From Prevotella sp. (GTDB taxonomy: Bacteria > Bacteroidota > Bacteroidia > Bacteroidales > Bacteroidaceae), in NCBI GenBank assembly GCA_017445845.1, contig JAFSRY010000036.1, positions 18,626-82,625 of the forward strand: 64,000 bases of DNA, in the 5' to 3' direction. This document shows, piece by piece, positions 39,654 to 50,264 of the stretch. Both the position numbers and the translations under genes were made by a program. Below the pieces are notes generated by a model, which worked only from the letters and a program-made list of their open reading frames with translations, ran no database searches and was not told where the DNA came from. Every line of letters begins with the position of its first letter. Within the stretch, counting starts at the first letter, position 1.

Positions 39654-40361
39654 TTAATACAGCTTGAGATTATCTTGAACTATACCTTCCCATTTAGTAT
39701 CTGTTGTATAGTCTTTTCTCTTGAGCTCGCCAAACTTTATCTGCCCATATCCACGGGAGCCACTTCCGCCAATATAATCTTTCTCGATGAGTCGAAGACC
39801 TTCCAAGAAGAAGTCTATAAGCTGTTGTTCAGACGGCATCTCTTTACCTTCTGCATCTTTGCCTTCAAAAATATTAATGATAAACTCAGAATGGAACTTT
39901 GCACCAGCAGGTACTCGTTCGATTTGTCGAGGATTACCTGCTGTTCCTTTCACACGATCAATAGTATTTTCAAACTTATTCTCTGTAAAAGGCATGTCAA
40001 GATTATCGCTTTCTTCTAACTCTCTCTTCGAATCAGATGTAAGCATGGCGTCTCTGACAATTAGACGAGATGGTTGTGCTGACTTGCTGCCAGCAGCAAA
40101 CCCGAATAGACTTTTTACCATACCACGATCATTTCCCTCTTTACCAATTTCGCTAATGCCATTAGCCTGCTCTAATAAACAACGCATCTTGCCTTTTAGA
40201 GAGCTTCCTGGAATATATGGCTGATTCTCTTTGGTAGCCAGTTTAATAACAGGGAGGTCAATACCACCGATTTCAACACTTTCCTTACTGCCACCAATAT
40301 GAAGCCCTGTAAGCAGTTCGATGGTGGTCTCTATCTTGATTTTCTTTACTAATTGTGCCAT
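39654..40361 (-). CDS. csm3: Type III-A RAMP Csm3
   Basis: TGLHIGG, IGGID (catalytic Asp retained), PYIPGSSLKGKMR, GGSGSRGYG. Confidence 0.95.
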   Translation of the reverse strand: MAQLVKKIKIETTIELLTGLHIGGSKESVEIGGIDLPVIKLATKENQPYIPGSSLKGKMRCLLEQANGISEIGKEGNDRGMVKSLFGFAAGSKSAQPSRLIVRDAMLTSDSKRELEESDNLDMPFTENKFENTIDRVKGTAGNPRQIERVPAGAKFHSEFIINIFEGKDAEGKEMPSEQQLIDFFLEGLRLIEKDYIGGSGSRGYGQIKFGELKRKDYTTDTKWEGIVQDNLKLY

Positions 40362-40385
40362 AATGAATACTTGTTTTAAGGGTTA

Positions 40386-40856
40386 TTACTCAGCTGCTTT
40401 ATGATAGGCTACAATAGCCTCAAAGATAGCTATAAAATTTTTGAAGGCCTGCTGTTTATCCGTTGTTTCTTTATCTGAAACAACGTCAATAGCATTTGAT
40501 AAGACATTATACAAATCTTCTATTTTGTAGTATTTCTTACCATCTTTTGCACGTCCTACAGCGTATGCTAATTTAGGCTTGAGAAGCAAAAAACTGCTCT
40601 CTTTGTAGCCTGTCATTTGTTGACGTTTGACTTCTCCAAAAAATTTGCGGAGCTGATTACTTGTCAGTTTTGACTCTTCAACAGGAGATGGCTCTTCTTT
40701 TTTTGTCTTAGGGTTATAGCGATTTTCCATATGTTTACCGTTTTTGGCAAGATGCTTCCCAAATCTCTCAGCAAACTGAATTGTAGAATCGGTCACCCCA
40801 TTCCTAATTGCTTCTGCAGGGATGTATTCATCCCATTGTTCTTTCCACTTTTTCAT
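40386..40856 (-). CDS. csm2: Type III-A small subunit Csm2
   Basis: QLRKFFGEVK, LKPKLAYAVGR, FEAIVAYHK. Confidence 0.93.
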   Translation of the reverse strand: MKKWKEQWDEYIPAEAIRNGVTDSTIQFAERFGKHLAKNGKHMENRYNPKTKKEEPSPVEESKLTSNQLRKFFGEVKRQQMTGYKESSFLLLKPKLAYAVGRAKDGKKYYKIEDLYNVLSNAIDVVSDKETTDKQQAFKNFIAIFEAIVAYHKAAE

Positions 40857-40870
40857 ATCTATATTGTAAA

Positions 40871-42526
40871 TTATAAGTTATTATCTTGTAAAAGGAGTTC
40901 CGCCCAACGAGCAGCAACTGCCATTAGTTCCAAATTTCGCCCTTTGTTTTTTGGTAAGTGTTCGTCTCTGAGGCTCAGACAGAAACCAAAGAGTTCCTTC
41001 TTCACTTCCTGTTTTGTTTCGTTTCGCTCATTTCCATATCCTTTGTATTTCTCCATAAAACGGGTCAGATAGTAGCTCATGTGCCACATGTAACTATAGT
41101 TTGGAGATTTGCCTTTCGACATTCGTTCCTTATTCATATCTGCAAGTTCAGCGTAAAGCATGATTTTGTGAAGAATACTCTTACTGAAACCATAGTCTTT
41201 GTTGTATGAGGTGATATATTTTACAAACTTATCTTTGTAATGCTCTACATAGGCATATTCGTGGTCAAAAAAATCTTTCTCGTTTGCATGATAGGGGCTT
41301 TGCTTGTTCCACGATATGGTTTTGCCGAACATGTGGAAGGCATTCTTCTCACCCTGTTTGGCAGCGTCCTCTGCCTCACCAGCCATCTCTGCAGCTTTTG
41401 CTATAGGATAATTAGGCTTGACGATAGCTACACCACCAGAGATACTGATACCCTCCTTAGAGAAACGCCTTTCAGTTTCGTCATGTATGAGTTTGGCAAA
41501 ATCTATCACTTTATCCCATCTTCCAACGATAAACAAATCGTCTCCACCCGCATAGATGACATTCATATATTTCTTGTAGGTTTCGTTGGTTCCATCAACT
41601 TTTGAATTCAACAAGTGATCTTCTACATCTTTTTCAAAGAAAAGACACAACTGATTTGAAAAGCTTTTATATGCAGCCAAAGAGTTAAAGCCTGTGATGA
41701 ATCGCTTACCCAATCCGTCAACGTCCATTCGCAGTATCGCCAAGTAGGTATCACCTTTGTTTCCTCCATCTGTGGTCGCATAGTCTTTGAAAGATCTGAA
41801 GCCTCTTAAGGGGTCATTTCGGAGTTGTTCTCCCTTTTCTATTTGACGTTTCACTGAAGGCAATACGATGATTGGCTCATCATCACCTCTAGCGGGGATT
41901 GTAAAATCCGCCTCCTTTAATCCTTTAGCATCGAACTCAATACTTGTTACAGCACAAACCTTGCGTTCAGAACTCATTATCAATTCTGAGCCTTTACCAA
42001 AGAAATTGTCATAGTTGTTAAGGATATACTCTTTAAATCTTTGATTCTTTTGCTGAGCAAAACCTGCACTGACAACTTTCCATAACTGACCAGGACCTTT
42101 CTTCTTGCCTTCAAAAGGAGGCTCGCCATACTTCCCCTCCACATTCACAATATCATCTTTTACATTGAAAGCAACATAGCTGATGTTGATGCCAAGTTGC
42201 CCATGGTGCTCCTTCCAAATATACTCCCTGCATGAACTCTGGCACTCATCCAAGGCTTGACAAACAGCCACTTTATTTGCTTCATTGATATTGGCAATGA
42301 AGAAGAACTTTCCTCCTGAGCAATACAGTTCGTCGTTTTCCGTGACAGTTCCACCTGCATTTATAACGGCATTCTTGGTTTTTTGATAATAGATTTCCTT
42401 CATATCTTCAGCCAATGACGCCGATCGACCTTTTAGACTGACAGCCGCTTTCCTTGAAGTAATGTTGTAGAGAAACTTCTGAATGCCAGAAAGGTCTCCT
42501 CCAATAAATAACTTATCGTATTTCAT
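40871..42526 (-). CDS. cas10: Cas10/Csm1 without HD nuclease domain, cyclase motif intact
   Basis: Begins directly at GGDLSGIQKFLY; RMDVDGLG; YAGGDDLF. Confidence 0.93.
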   Translation of the reverse strand: MKYDKLFIGGDLSGIQKFLYNITSRKAAVSLKGRSASLAEDMKEIYYQKTKNAVINAGGTVTENDELYCSGGKFFFIANINEANKVAVCQALDECQSSCREYIWKEHHGQLGINISYVAFNVKDDIVNVEGKYGEPPFEGKKKGPGQLWKVVSAGFAQQKNQRFKEYILNNYDNFFGKGSELIMSSERKVCAVTSIEFDAKGLKEADFTIPARGDDEPIIVLPSVKRQIEKGEQLRNDPLRGFRSFKDYATTDGGNKGDTYLAILRMDVDGLGKRFITGFNSLAAYKSFSNQLCLFFEKDVEDHLLNSKVDGTNETYKKYMNVIYAGGDDLFIVGRWDKVIDFAKLIHDETERRFSKEGISISGGVAIVKPNYPIAKAAEMAGEAEDAAKQGEKNAFHMFGKTISWNKQSPYHANEKDFFDHEYAYVEHYKDKFVKYITSYNKDYGFSKSILHKIMLYAELADMNKERMSKGKSPNYSYMWHMSYYLTRFMEKYKGYGNERNETKQEVKKELFGFCLSLRDEHLPKNKGRNLELMAVAARWAELLLQDNNL

Positions 42527-43230
42527 TCTGATATAGATGTTTTGTTTTCTTTATTCTGTAATCTTACTCGATGAATAGTTCCACACCCTATACTTGCATT
42601 CTTTCCAATACCCACATTGTTGGGGATGGAGAGGTTGCAGCAGAAGTCGGCATTGAAGGCCATCAAGGCAATACCTTTATTATATATAATGTAGTGTTCG
42701 CTCAACTGGGTAATCATGAGTAGGAGTTCATCTTCGAGATGAATACCCAACCCTTTCAACATTGATAAAAGGTTTGCCTTGAGGATATTTTCCAGTAGTT
42801 TCCTCTTTTCTCTATCATTGTCAGCCATTTTGTAGATTTGATAGTTCTTAGAATTTAGCGGAAGCCAGCGGTTGATATGATAGTTAAATGTCGTCTTCCA
42901 CGTCTGCATTAGAACTTTTACAGGGGCGACTCTACTGATATCACACGTAATCTCTCTTTCTCCGATTCTTAACATCCCATTTAATTCCGATAGGAATTGT
43001 CCAATGACATCGGCTCCTTCTTCAACACAGACAATGGCCGCCTTACCTCCTAATCGCTTATACTGGATAAGTGGATAGGCATATCTGAACTTTTCGTCAT
43101 CCAGGTGATTATGAAAATAAACATTGGGATGTTCGCCAAGGCTGTGTATAACCGCCCCTCGAAAAAGTGGTATTTCATTCTGGCGAATCTCCGCATCAGT
43201 TAAGACTGTTAGTGTTCGTATATATTTCAT
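42523..43230 (-). CDS. cas6: CRISPR endoribonuclease Cas6
   Basis: FHNH, YPLIQYK, WLPLN, G-rich loop GIGKNASIGCG. Confidence 0.92.
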   Translation of the reverse strand: MKYIRTLTVLTDAEIRQNEIPLFRGAVIHSLGEHPNVYFHNHLDDEKFRYAYPLIQYKRLGGKAAIVCVEEGADVIGQFLSELNGMLRIGEREITCDISRVAPVKVLMQTWKTTFNYHINRWLPLNSKNYQIYKMADNDREKRKLLENILKANLLSMLKGLGIHLEDELLLMITQLSEHYIIYNKGIALMAFNADFCCNLSIPNNVGIGKNASIGCGTIHRVRLQNKENKTSISE

Positions 43231-43396
43231 TTAGTAATTTATAGTTAGTTTTCATATCTTAATGATTGTTACGGCAAAAATACAATATATTTCTGACTTC
43301 AACAAGTTTTTGTGCATTTTTTTATGAAATGGTTGCTAATTTCGTTGATGACAGCAGCCAACTCGTCATCTTCTGGCCCAAGCATAGAAGAAGTGT

Positions 43397-43804
43397 GTGT
43401 TGATGATGGCCATAGCGTGCATGGCGAGTGCGAAGAGTTGGGCGCAGTATGATGGCCCGGTGATATTCCCTACGACGGAACTGTATGACAGCGGGGCAAT
43501 GAATGCCTATGTGCGGGCACTCGCTGAAACGGCATCGGCAAGAAGGGAACTCTTCGAAATCTATGCGGACAAGGCCTTGGAAGCTTTCCATCATGAACAG
43601 TGGTGGGATGTCATCAGTTATGTGGGGAAGGCCCTGGACACCAAGTGTTATAATGGTGACTTGTACTATGTCCGAGGGTATGCCTATGAGCAACTCGGTA
43701 AGCCGTTTGCTGCTAAGAGGGATTATAAAAAAGGTAAGAAGTATAATAGTTCTCTCGCCGCAGAGGCTCTGGAGGAGTTGCAGGAAAAGATGAAACGTAA
43801 GTAA
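43397..43804 (+). CDS. Secreted TPR-like hypothetical protein
   Basis: Signal-like N-terminus and TPR-like LYYVRGYAYEQLG. Start uncertain (atag aag aag may be a disrupted ATG). Confidence 0.6.
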   Translation: MLMMAIACMASAKSWAQYDGPVIFPTTELYDSGAMNAYVRALAETASARRELFEIYADKALEAFHHEQWWDVISYVGKALDTKCYNGDLYYVRGYAYEQLGKPFAAKRDYKKGKKYNSSLAAEALEELQEKMKRK

Positions 43805-43821
43805 ATAGAATTAAACTGTAA

Positions 43822-44322
43822 ATGATTATGAAAAAGGTAATGATGACACTGATGGCTGTCCTCTTCGCCATCGCAGCAAACGCTCAGTACAACACCAACT
43901 ATTACAATCAGTATGGCGGCAGTATCGGTTCCTCTACCACTCGTTCGAACTATGGCGGTGGCTACACTACAACCTACTACGACCAATATGGCGGCAGTGC
44001 AGGCAGCGCAACAACACGTTCCAACTATGGTGGCGGCACGACGACGAACTACTATGACCAATATGGTGGCAGTACGGGCAGTGCCACGACACGTTCTAAC
44101 TATGGTGGAGGTACGACTACCAACTACTACGATCAGTATGGCGGCAGCATCGGCTCGTCGACGACGCGTTCTAACTACGGTGGCAGCACAACCACTAACT
44201 ACTATGACCAGTATGGCGGCAGCATCGGCTCGTCGACGACAAAGAAGAATTATGGCGGTGGCACCACCACGACCTACTACGATCAGTACGGCGGCTACCT
44301 CGGATCAAGCACGAACCGGTGA
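43822..44322 (+). CDS. Secreted protein with six 25-aa YYDQYGGS repeats
   Basis: Signal peptide ending ANA-Q; repeat TTTNYYDQYGGSxGSxTTRSNYGGG with synonymous DNA divergence. Confidence 0.8.
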   Translation: MIMKKVMMTLMAVLFAIAANAQYNTNYYNQYGGSIGSSTTRSNYGGGYTTTYYDQYGGSAGSATTRSNYGGGTTTNYYDQYGGSTGSATTRSNYGGGTTTNYYDQYGGSIGSSTTRSNYGGSTTTNYYDQYGGSIGSSTTKKNYGGGTTTTYYDQYGGYLGSSTNR

Positions 44323-44469
44323 AAAGTGGGGTGGCCCCAATCTTCGGAGTCAAATGGGTAATTGACAATTATGATAACCCCTGCCGGCTAACGTCTGACT
44401 CTCAATCCTCCAAGCAATCAAACGACCAAGCGACCAAGCGACCAAACAGCCAATCTCCTAAGCGGCCCT

Positions 44470-45834
44470 TTAGTTTTGTTCAATCACTTTGCCTTCTCCG
44501 TTGTAGAGGCGGATGGGGCCGTCGAGTTCAAGGGCGATGACAGTGATGTCGGGGTCGAGAACGCGGTCGGGGACTGTGATGTAGAAGTTGCCGGGAATGC
44601 TGCTCCACGATGGCTGGTTCCACATCTTGTAGGTCAGCTCTTCGCCGGTGCCCACGACGTATGCCCGCCGGACCTTGCTCACCAGACCCTTTACTTCGAC
44701 CATTCCGTTCGGCCGATAGGGTAGGTAGAGGTAGAGTACGTCGCCCTTCTGATTGAGGGTGGTATATCCCTGGAAATACTGTGTGGGAATACCGGCCCGT
44801 GTCTGATAGATGGCTTCAGCGTGTTTCTTTGTCCATCGTCCGATGCCTTTCAGGGCAGCCATCTGTTCTTCGGGAATTGTTCCGTCTTCGCGCGGACCGA
44901 TGTCGAGGAGCAGGTTTCCACCCATCGACAGACAGTCGACAAAGAGTCGGAGCAGTTGGTAGACCGATTTGTAATTGGTGTCGGTAGGGTAGTAGCCCCA
45001 AGAGTCGTTGATGGTCTGGCAGAGTTCCCAATAGGGTATCGAGGGTCGTTCGGTGGGTATTCCTCGCTCGGGTGTGAGATAGTCGCCGTAGCCCTGGATA
45101 CGTGAGTTGACGACGCAACGTGGGTTATAGCTTCTCAGTAGTTTTATGATCTCCGGTGCCCGCCATGCTTCTGCGCTTTGTTCCCAGTCACCGTCGAACC
45201 ACCACAGGTCGGGATTGAACTGCGTGGCGAGTTCGGTGAGCTGTGCAAAATTAAAGTTGCAGAAGCGCTGCCAGCGTTGTTCGGCATTGTTTCCCCTTGT
45301 GTTGTCGGGGAATTTATACCGTTGAATGTTTTTCGTGTGGTTGGGATAGTCGGGATGCGACCAGTCGAGGAGCGAGTAGTATAGACCCACATGCAGTCCC
45401 TGCCGTCGGGCCTCATTGACGAACGGCGTGAGCAAGTCGCGACGTGCGGGCGTACATTTCTTCATACTCAGCTTACCTGCCTTTGTGTCCCACAGAGCCA
45501 TTCCGTCGTGGTGTTTGCTGGTGATGACGGTGTAGGTGGCACCGCTTTCCTTTATCAGGTCAATCCATTCCTTCGGTTCCCATCGTGAGGCGGTGAAGCC
45601 TTTCTGTTGTTTCATATACTCGTCGTAGCTCAGTCGCTCGTTGTAGAACGACCAGCTTTCAGAGACGCCTCTGACGGCATAGATACCCCAGTGGATGAAG
45701 ATGCCGAGCTTGGCTTGTCCGAACCACTCCATACGCTCCCGATAAGCGGTAGAGTCTGCCATGGCGATGCGCTGGGCTGAGGTTGTGATGGGGCCGAGTC
45801 CCAATAGCAGGAATAGGAAATACTTGACGTTCAT
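44470..45834 (-). CDS. GH29 alpha-L-fucosidase
   Basis: GIFIHWG, SKHHDG, LWWFDG, GGNLLLDIGP. Confidence 0.93.
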   Translation of the reverse strand: MNVKYFLFLLLGLGPITTSAQRIAMADSTAYRERMEWFGQAKLGIFIHWGIYAVRGVSESWSFYNERLSYDEYMKQQKGFTASRWEPKEWIDLIKESGATYTVITSKHHDGMALWDTKAGKLSMKKCTPARRDLLTPFVNEARRQGLHVGLYYSLLDWSHPDYPNHTKNIQRYKFPDNTRGNNAEQRWQRFCNFNFAQLTELATQFNPDLWWFDGDWEQSAEAWRAPEIIKLLRSYNPRCVVNSRIQGYGDYLTPERGIPTERPSIPYWELCQTINDSWGYYPTDTNYKSVYQLLRLFVDCLSMGGNLLLDIGPREDGTIPEEQMAALKGIGRWTKKHAEAIYQTRAGIPTQYFQGYTTLNQKGDVLYLYLPYRPNGMVEVKGLVSKVRRAYVVGTGEELTYKMWNQPSWSSIPGNFYITVPDRVLDPDITVIALELDGPIRLYNGEGKVIEQN

Positions 45835-45935
45835 AGGGTCGGAGTGTTTGATAGTTTGTATTTTGAAATTTTAAAAGGGGCCAGGGCTTCCCAGTTTTTG
45901 GAATGTCCCAGCCCCCTTACATGTATATTTGTCAA

Positions 45936-47879
45936 CTAAAAATCTTTCGTCATCTCAGCCACCTGGCTGTTGATGCGGTCGATGAACTCCTGAATGGGCA
46001 TGGTGGCCTGTTCGCCGCCGCCCTGCTGACGCATGGAGACCGTGCCGTCGGCAGCTTCCTGTTCACCCACGATGACCATGTAAGGCACACGTTTCAGCTC
46101 ATTGTCACGAATCTTTCGACCGAGTTTCTCGTTGCGCAGGTCGATGGTTGCTCGGACACCTTGCTTGTCGAACTCCTTGGCAACCTGCTGGGCGTAGTCG
46201 TTGTACTTCTCCGACAACGGCAGGATGGCCACCTGTTCGGGTGTGAGCCAGAGGGGGAAGTGCCCGCTTGTATGCTCGATGAGCACGGCGGTGAAGCGTT
46301 CGAGTGAGCCGAAGGGGGCGCGGTGAATCATGACGGGTGTCTTCTTCTGGTTGTCCTCGTCGGTGTATTCCAGTTGGAAGCGTTTCGGCAGGTTGTAGTC
46401 CACCTGGATAGTACCCAGCTGCCAGCGGCGTCCGATGGCATCCTTGATCATGAAGTCGAGCTTCGGGCCGTAGAAGGCGGCCTCACCGTATTCCACCTTG
46501 GCGGTCAAGCCCTTCTCCTGGCAGGCTTCGACGATGGCTTTCTCTGCCAGTGCCCAGTCTTCGTCAGTACCGACATATTTGTCGTGGTCGTTAGGATCGC
46601 GCAGGGAGATTTGTGCCTCAAAGTTAAATCCGAAGGCAGTGAGGACGATGTTGATGATGTCCATGACATTGAGGAATTCCTGCTTCACCTGGTCAGGACG
46701 GCAGAACAGGTGGGCGTCGTCCTGTGTGAACGAACGCACGCGGGTCAGTCCGTGCAGCTCGCCCGACTGCTCATAGCGGTATACAGTGCCGAATTCGGCG
46801 ATGCGCAGCGGCAGGTCACGATAGGAGCGGGGCTTGTTGGCGAAGATCTCACAGTGGTGAGGACAGTTCATGGGCTTCAGCATGTATTCCTCGCCCTCTT
46901 CGGGAGTGGTAATCGGACGGAACGAGTCCTTGCCATAGTGGGCATAGTGACCCGAGGTGACATAGAGCGTCTTCGAGCCGATATGCGGTGTGATGACCTC
47001 CTGATAGCCGAAGCGCTTCTGCACCTTGCGCAGGTGGTCCTGCAGGCGCAGGCGGAGGTCGGTGCCTTTGGGCAGCCAGATGGGCAGACCCTTACCGACT
47101 TTGTCGGAGAACATGAAGAGTTCCATCTCCTTGCCAATCTTGCGGTGGTCGCGCTTCTTGGCTTCCTCGAGCATGACGAGATATTCGTCGAGCATCTTCT
47201 TCTTGGGGAACGAGATGCCGTATAGACGCTGCATCTGCTCACGCTCAGCGTCGCCGCGCCAGAAGGCACCCGCCACATTGGTCAGCTTCACTGCCTTGAT
47301 GAGGCCTGTCGACACGAGGTGCGGACCGCGGCAGAGGTCGGTGAAGTTACCCTGGGTGTATGTCGAGATGGTACCGTCCTCGAGGTCCTGGTCGATGTGC
47401 TCGCACTTGTAGGTCTGACCGTCGGCATTGAATTCCTTCAGTGCATCGGCTTTCGACACCTCGTGACGCACGACGGGCTCGTCCTTACGGGCCAGTTCCA
47501 TCATCTTGGCTTCGATGGTGGGGAAGTCGCTCTCCTTGATCATCTCGCCGCCGGGCAGCAGCACATCGTAGAAGAAACCATTCTCTACGGCAGGACCGAA
47601 TCCGAACTGAATGCCTGGATAGAGTTCCTGCAGAGCCTCTGCCAACAGGTGAGCCGAGGTGTGCCAGAAGGTATGCTTGCCTTCGTCGTCGTCGAACTTA
47701 TAGAGTTCGATGGTGGCGTCCTCGTTGATGGGGCGGTTGAGTTCCACTGTTTCGCCATTCACTCCGCAAGATACAATGTTGCGGGCGAGAGCCGGCGATA
47801 TGCTCTCGGCAATTTGAAAACCAGTGACGCCCTGCTCATACGAGCGAACAGAGCCGTCGGGAAAAGTAATTTTAATCAT
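45936..47879 (-). CDS. thrS: Threonyl-tRNA synthetase
   Basis: TGS domain, [35 protein letters not shown]. Confidence 0.98.
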   Translation of the reverse strand: MIKITFPDGSVRSYEQGVTGFQIAESISPALARNIVSCGVNGETVELNRPINEDATIELYKFDDDEGKHTFWHTSAHLLAEALQELYPGIQFGFGPAVENGFFYDVLLPGGEMIKESDFPTIEAKMMELARKDEPVVRHEVSKADALKEFNADGQTYKCEHIDQDLEDGTISTYTQGNFTDLCRGPHLVSTGLIKAVKLTNVAGAFWRGDAEREQMQRLYGISFPKKKMLDEYLVMLEEAKKRDHRKIGKEMELFMFSDKVGKGLPIWLPKGTDLRLRLQDHLRKVQKRFGYQEVITPHIGSKTLYVTSGHYAHYGKDSFRPITTPEEGEEYMLKPMNCPHHCEIFANKPRSYRDLPLRIAEFGTVYRYEQSGELHGLTRVRSFTQDDAHLFCRPDQVKQEFLNVMDIINIVLTAFGFNFEAQISLRDPNDHDKYVGTDEDWALAEKAIVEACQEKGLTAKVEYGEAAFYGPKLDFMIKDAIGRRWQLGTIQVDYNLPKRFQLEYTDEDNQKKTPVMIHRAPFGSLERFTAVLIEHTSGHFPLWLTPEQVAILPLSEKYNDYAQQVAKEFDKQGVRATIDLRNEKLGRKIRDNELKRVPYMVIVGEQEAADGTVSMRQQGGGEQATMPIQEFIDRINSQVAEMTKDF

Positions 47880-47907
47880 ATCTACAATATATGTTTGTTG
47901 TTAATCA

Positions 47908-48023
47908 GGTGCAAAGGTACGAATAAGTGAGCGCAAAACAAAAAAACAGAAACTTGTTTATGATTTTTTTAGTTTTGCAGAACGAGAGTATCTTATCAAA
48001 AGGTACAAAATAAAATCAGAAAT
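47908..48023 (-). repeat. ~115-bp dispersed promoter-bearing repeat, copy 2 (upstream of thrS)
   Basis: Reverse complement of 22739..22855 with very few mismatches. Confidence 0.85.
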
Positions 48024-48397
48024 GAGAAATTTTTCCAAGTGTGAGATTTTTATCAAATAAGTGAGCGGGTGACCAAATTTCTTCGTTTATTTCACTTCGC
48101 TTCCAAAATCTCAGGAAAGTAAGTTCGGTATCTTTGAATTTTTCATTTTTCAAAAAATCCGTGCGAGGATAAAATGAAAATCAAATGAGCAAAATATGAA
48201 GTTAAATTCTGTTAACGGGAATTTTCCGTCTGATTAAGCATTTTTTTTGCTTTTTATTTTGTCCTATAATACTTTTTTCTTAACTTTGCAGGTAGTTTTG
48301 TAAAATCGGATCCCACATTATTATATAATTTGGGTCTGAAAGACATATTACTATGTGGCTTTTTCAAAAAGTCCATCGTTTGATTCAACAGTAGAAT

Positions 48398-50092
48398 ATG
48401 ATGACGTTTAGGTTCAATTATTCATGCTTCTTCTTGCTGGCGGTTCTGTTGTTTCCTGTGAAAGTCCTTTCTCAGGAAGTCAAAGCTATGCCCGACTCCC
48501 TGCTGACCGTCGATAAAGCCTTTGCCATCCGATACGAAAATCGGGCGTTGGCAGAACAGATGCTTGCAGAGATTCGTTCCCGTAAATTAGATACTGAATA
48601 CGAAATTGACCATTGTCTGGCCAATATTTATTATAACTATATGGAGTTCCGCGAGGCTCTTGTCATTTACGAGCGCATGTTAAAGTCTAAAGCTGTCCGA
48701 AACGATGTCCAGAAAAAGATGGAAGTCCTTCAGGACATGTGTGACACTTACGATGTGCTTTGCGAGACCGTCAAGCTGCGTGACACCATTGACCAGCTCT
48801 ACAAACTTGCCATTGCTGAAAATGACAAGTACTACCAGGGACAGGCACTTTTTCTCTTGGGTGTGTCTCTCTTTAACAGCGGTGACTCCAAGGGCGGTAT
48901 CGCGCAAATCGAAGAGGCCGTCAAGTTGATGGGTGAGTCTGATCGGAGTGGAAAAATTCATGAGTTGTATGGCATGTTGAATACGCTCTCCAGCCAGTAC
49001 AATAAAATTGGTGACACAGAGAAGGCATTGGAAGTGTTGGACCGTAACGAGCGGCTCATCCGTTCCGAAAACCCCGTTAATACGGGCGATTTGATGGTCC
49101 TGCTGGCCAAGAAAGCCTCGATGTTGGTGCTTCTCCATCGTGTTGAAGAAGCCGACTCTGTCTATGCTGTCTGGGAGTCTTTGCCGAAAAACAACAGCCT
49201 TTGCCGGCAGTTTTACATCGTCGATTATTATCGCAATCGCGGACGTTTCCGTGATGCTCTCAATATTTACGAATCACAACTGAAGAGTCTGCGTGAGAAA
49301 GGCGACACGGTGTCTATGGTTGCCTATAATATGTATTGGGGAATGGCGGAAACCTGTTATGGTTTGAAGCAATACCAGCGTTCTGCCGATCTCTACCAGC
49401 GGGTTGTCGAAATGGGTGATTCCCTCAAGCGAATCGAGGCCGATGCCAATGCCAAGGAGCAGGCTACCATCTACGAAACCCATGAGAGAGAGCGTCAGAT
49501 CAACCGTCTGGAGTATTGGATTACGATATTATTCTTTATCATCGCCCTGCTGATTGTTAGCATCATCCTGCAGGTGCGTTATATGCGTACGTTAAAAGAA
49601 AGAAGCAAGGTGATGGCCAATACGGTAGATGAACTGATGATTTATCGTAAGGCGGCCCTGCAGGGGCATGATAGTCAAAAGCCTCGGAATGGTTCTGAAG
49701 GAGTTGTAGAAGATGATAATTCTGCCACTTCTGATGATGACTTACATCAACATTTCATCTCGGTGAATAGTGTTGTCGTCAATGGTCAACTCTTCCGACA
49801 GCCGGACTTCGACCGTGAGCAACTCATCCGTGCCACAGGCATAGAGAAAAACCGTCTCTCGACCATCATCAGCAGATGTGCCGGAACAAACATCCCCGGT
49901 TATATCAATAAGCTGCGTGTGTTATATGCTATTCAAATGATGAAAGAGCATCCCGACTATACCCTTCAGGCGATTGCCGAGGCCTGCGGGTTCGTCACGC
50001 AAAGCACCTTCATCCGTGCCTTCAAGATGGTGTTTGGAATGACTCCTTCTGAGTATCGGCAAAGATACATTTTACCCCCCCCCACAGCCTGA
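48398..50092 (+). CDS. Membrane-spanning AraC-family regulator with periplasmic TPR region
   Basis: Signal peptide, TPR-like helices, TM, C-terminal YINKLR...IAEACGF..STFIRAFK..FGMTP. Confidence 0.88.
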   Translation: MMTFRFNYSCFFLLAVLLFPVKVLSQEVKAMPDSLLTVDKAFAIRYENRALAEQMLAEIRSRKLDTEYEIDHCLANIYYNYMEFREALVIYERMLKSKAVRNDVQKKMEVLQDMCDTYDVLCETVKLRDTIDQLYKLAIAENDKYYQGQALFLLGVSLFNSGDSKGGIAQIEEAVKLMGESDRSGKIHELYGMLNTLSSQYNKIGDTEKALEVLDRNERLIRSENPVNTGDLMVLLAKKASMLVLLHRVEEADSVYAVWESLPKNNSLCRQFYIVDYYRNRGRFRDALNIYESQLKSLREKGDTVSMVAYNMYWGMAETCYGLKQYQRSADLYQRVVEMGDSLKRIEADANAKEQATIYETHERERQINRLEYWITILFFIIALLIVSIILQVRYMRTLKERSKVMANTVDELMIYRKAALQGHDSQKPRNGSEGVVEDDNSATSDDDLHQHFISVNSVVVNGQLFRQPDFDREQLIRATGIEKNRLSTIISRCAGTNIPGYINKLRVLYAIQMMKEHPDYTLQAIAEACGFVTQSTFIRAFKMVFGMTPSEYRQRYILPPPTA

Positions 50093-50264
50093 GGAATAAA
50101 CAGGAAGGGGCTTCTAAGACATGGTTACAGGAAACGAGGTTATGGACAATTTTTAAATTAGACGGACGAAATTAAAACCTTTTGAGGCGGACAAAATGAA
50201 AAGCGTTTACAGAGTTGTTGACTGTTGATAATTAAGGAATTATATATATTAAATAAAAATAAGA

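Noticed and set aside
43890-44320. 75-bp periodic DNA as a second CRISPR array
   Set aside because: No unique spacers; variation is mostly synonymous within an ORF that has a signal peptide.
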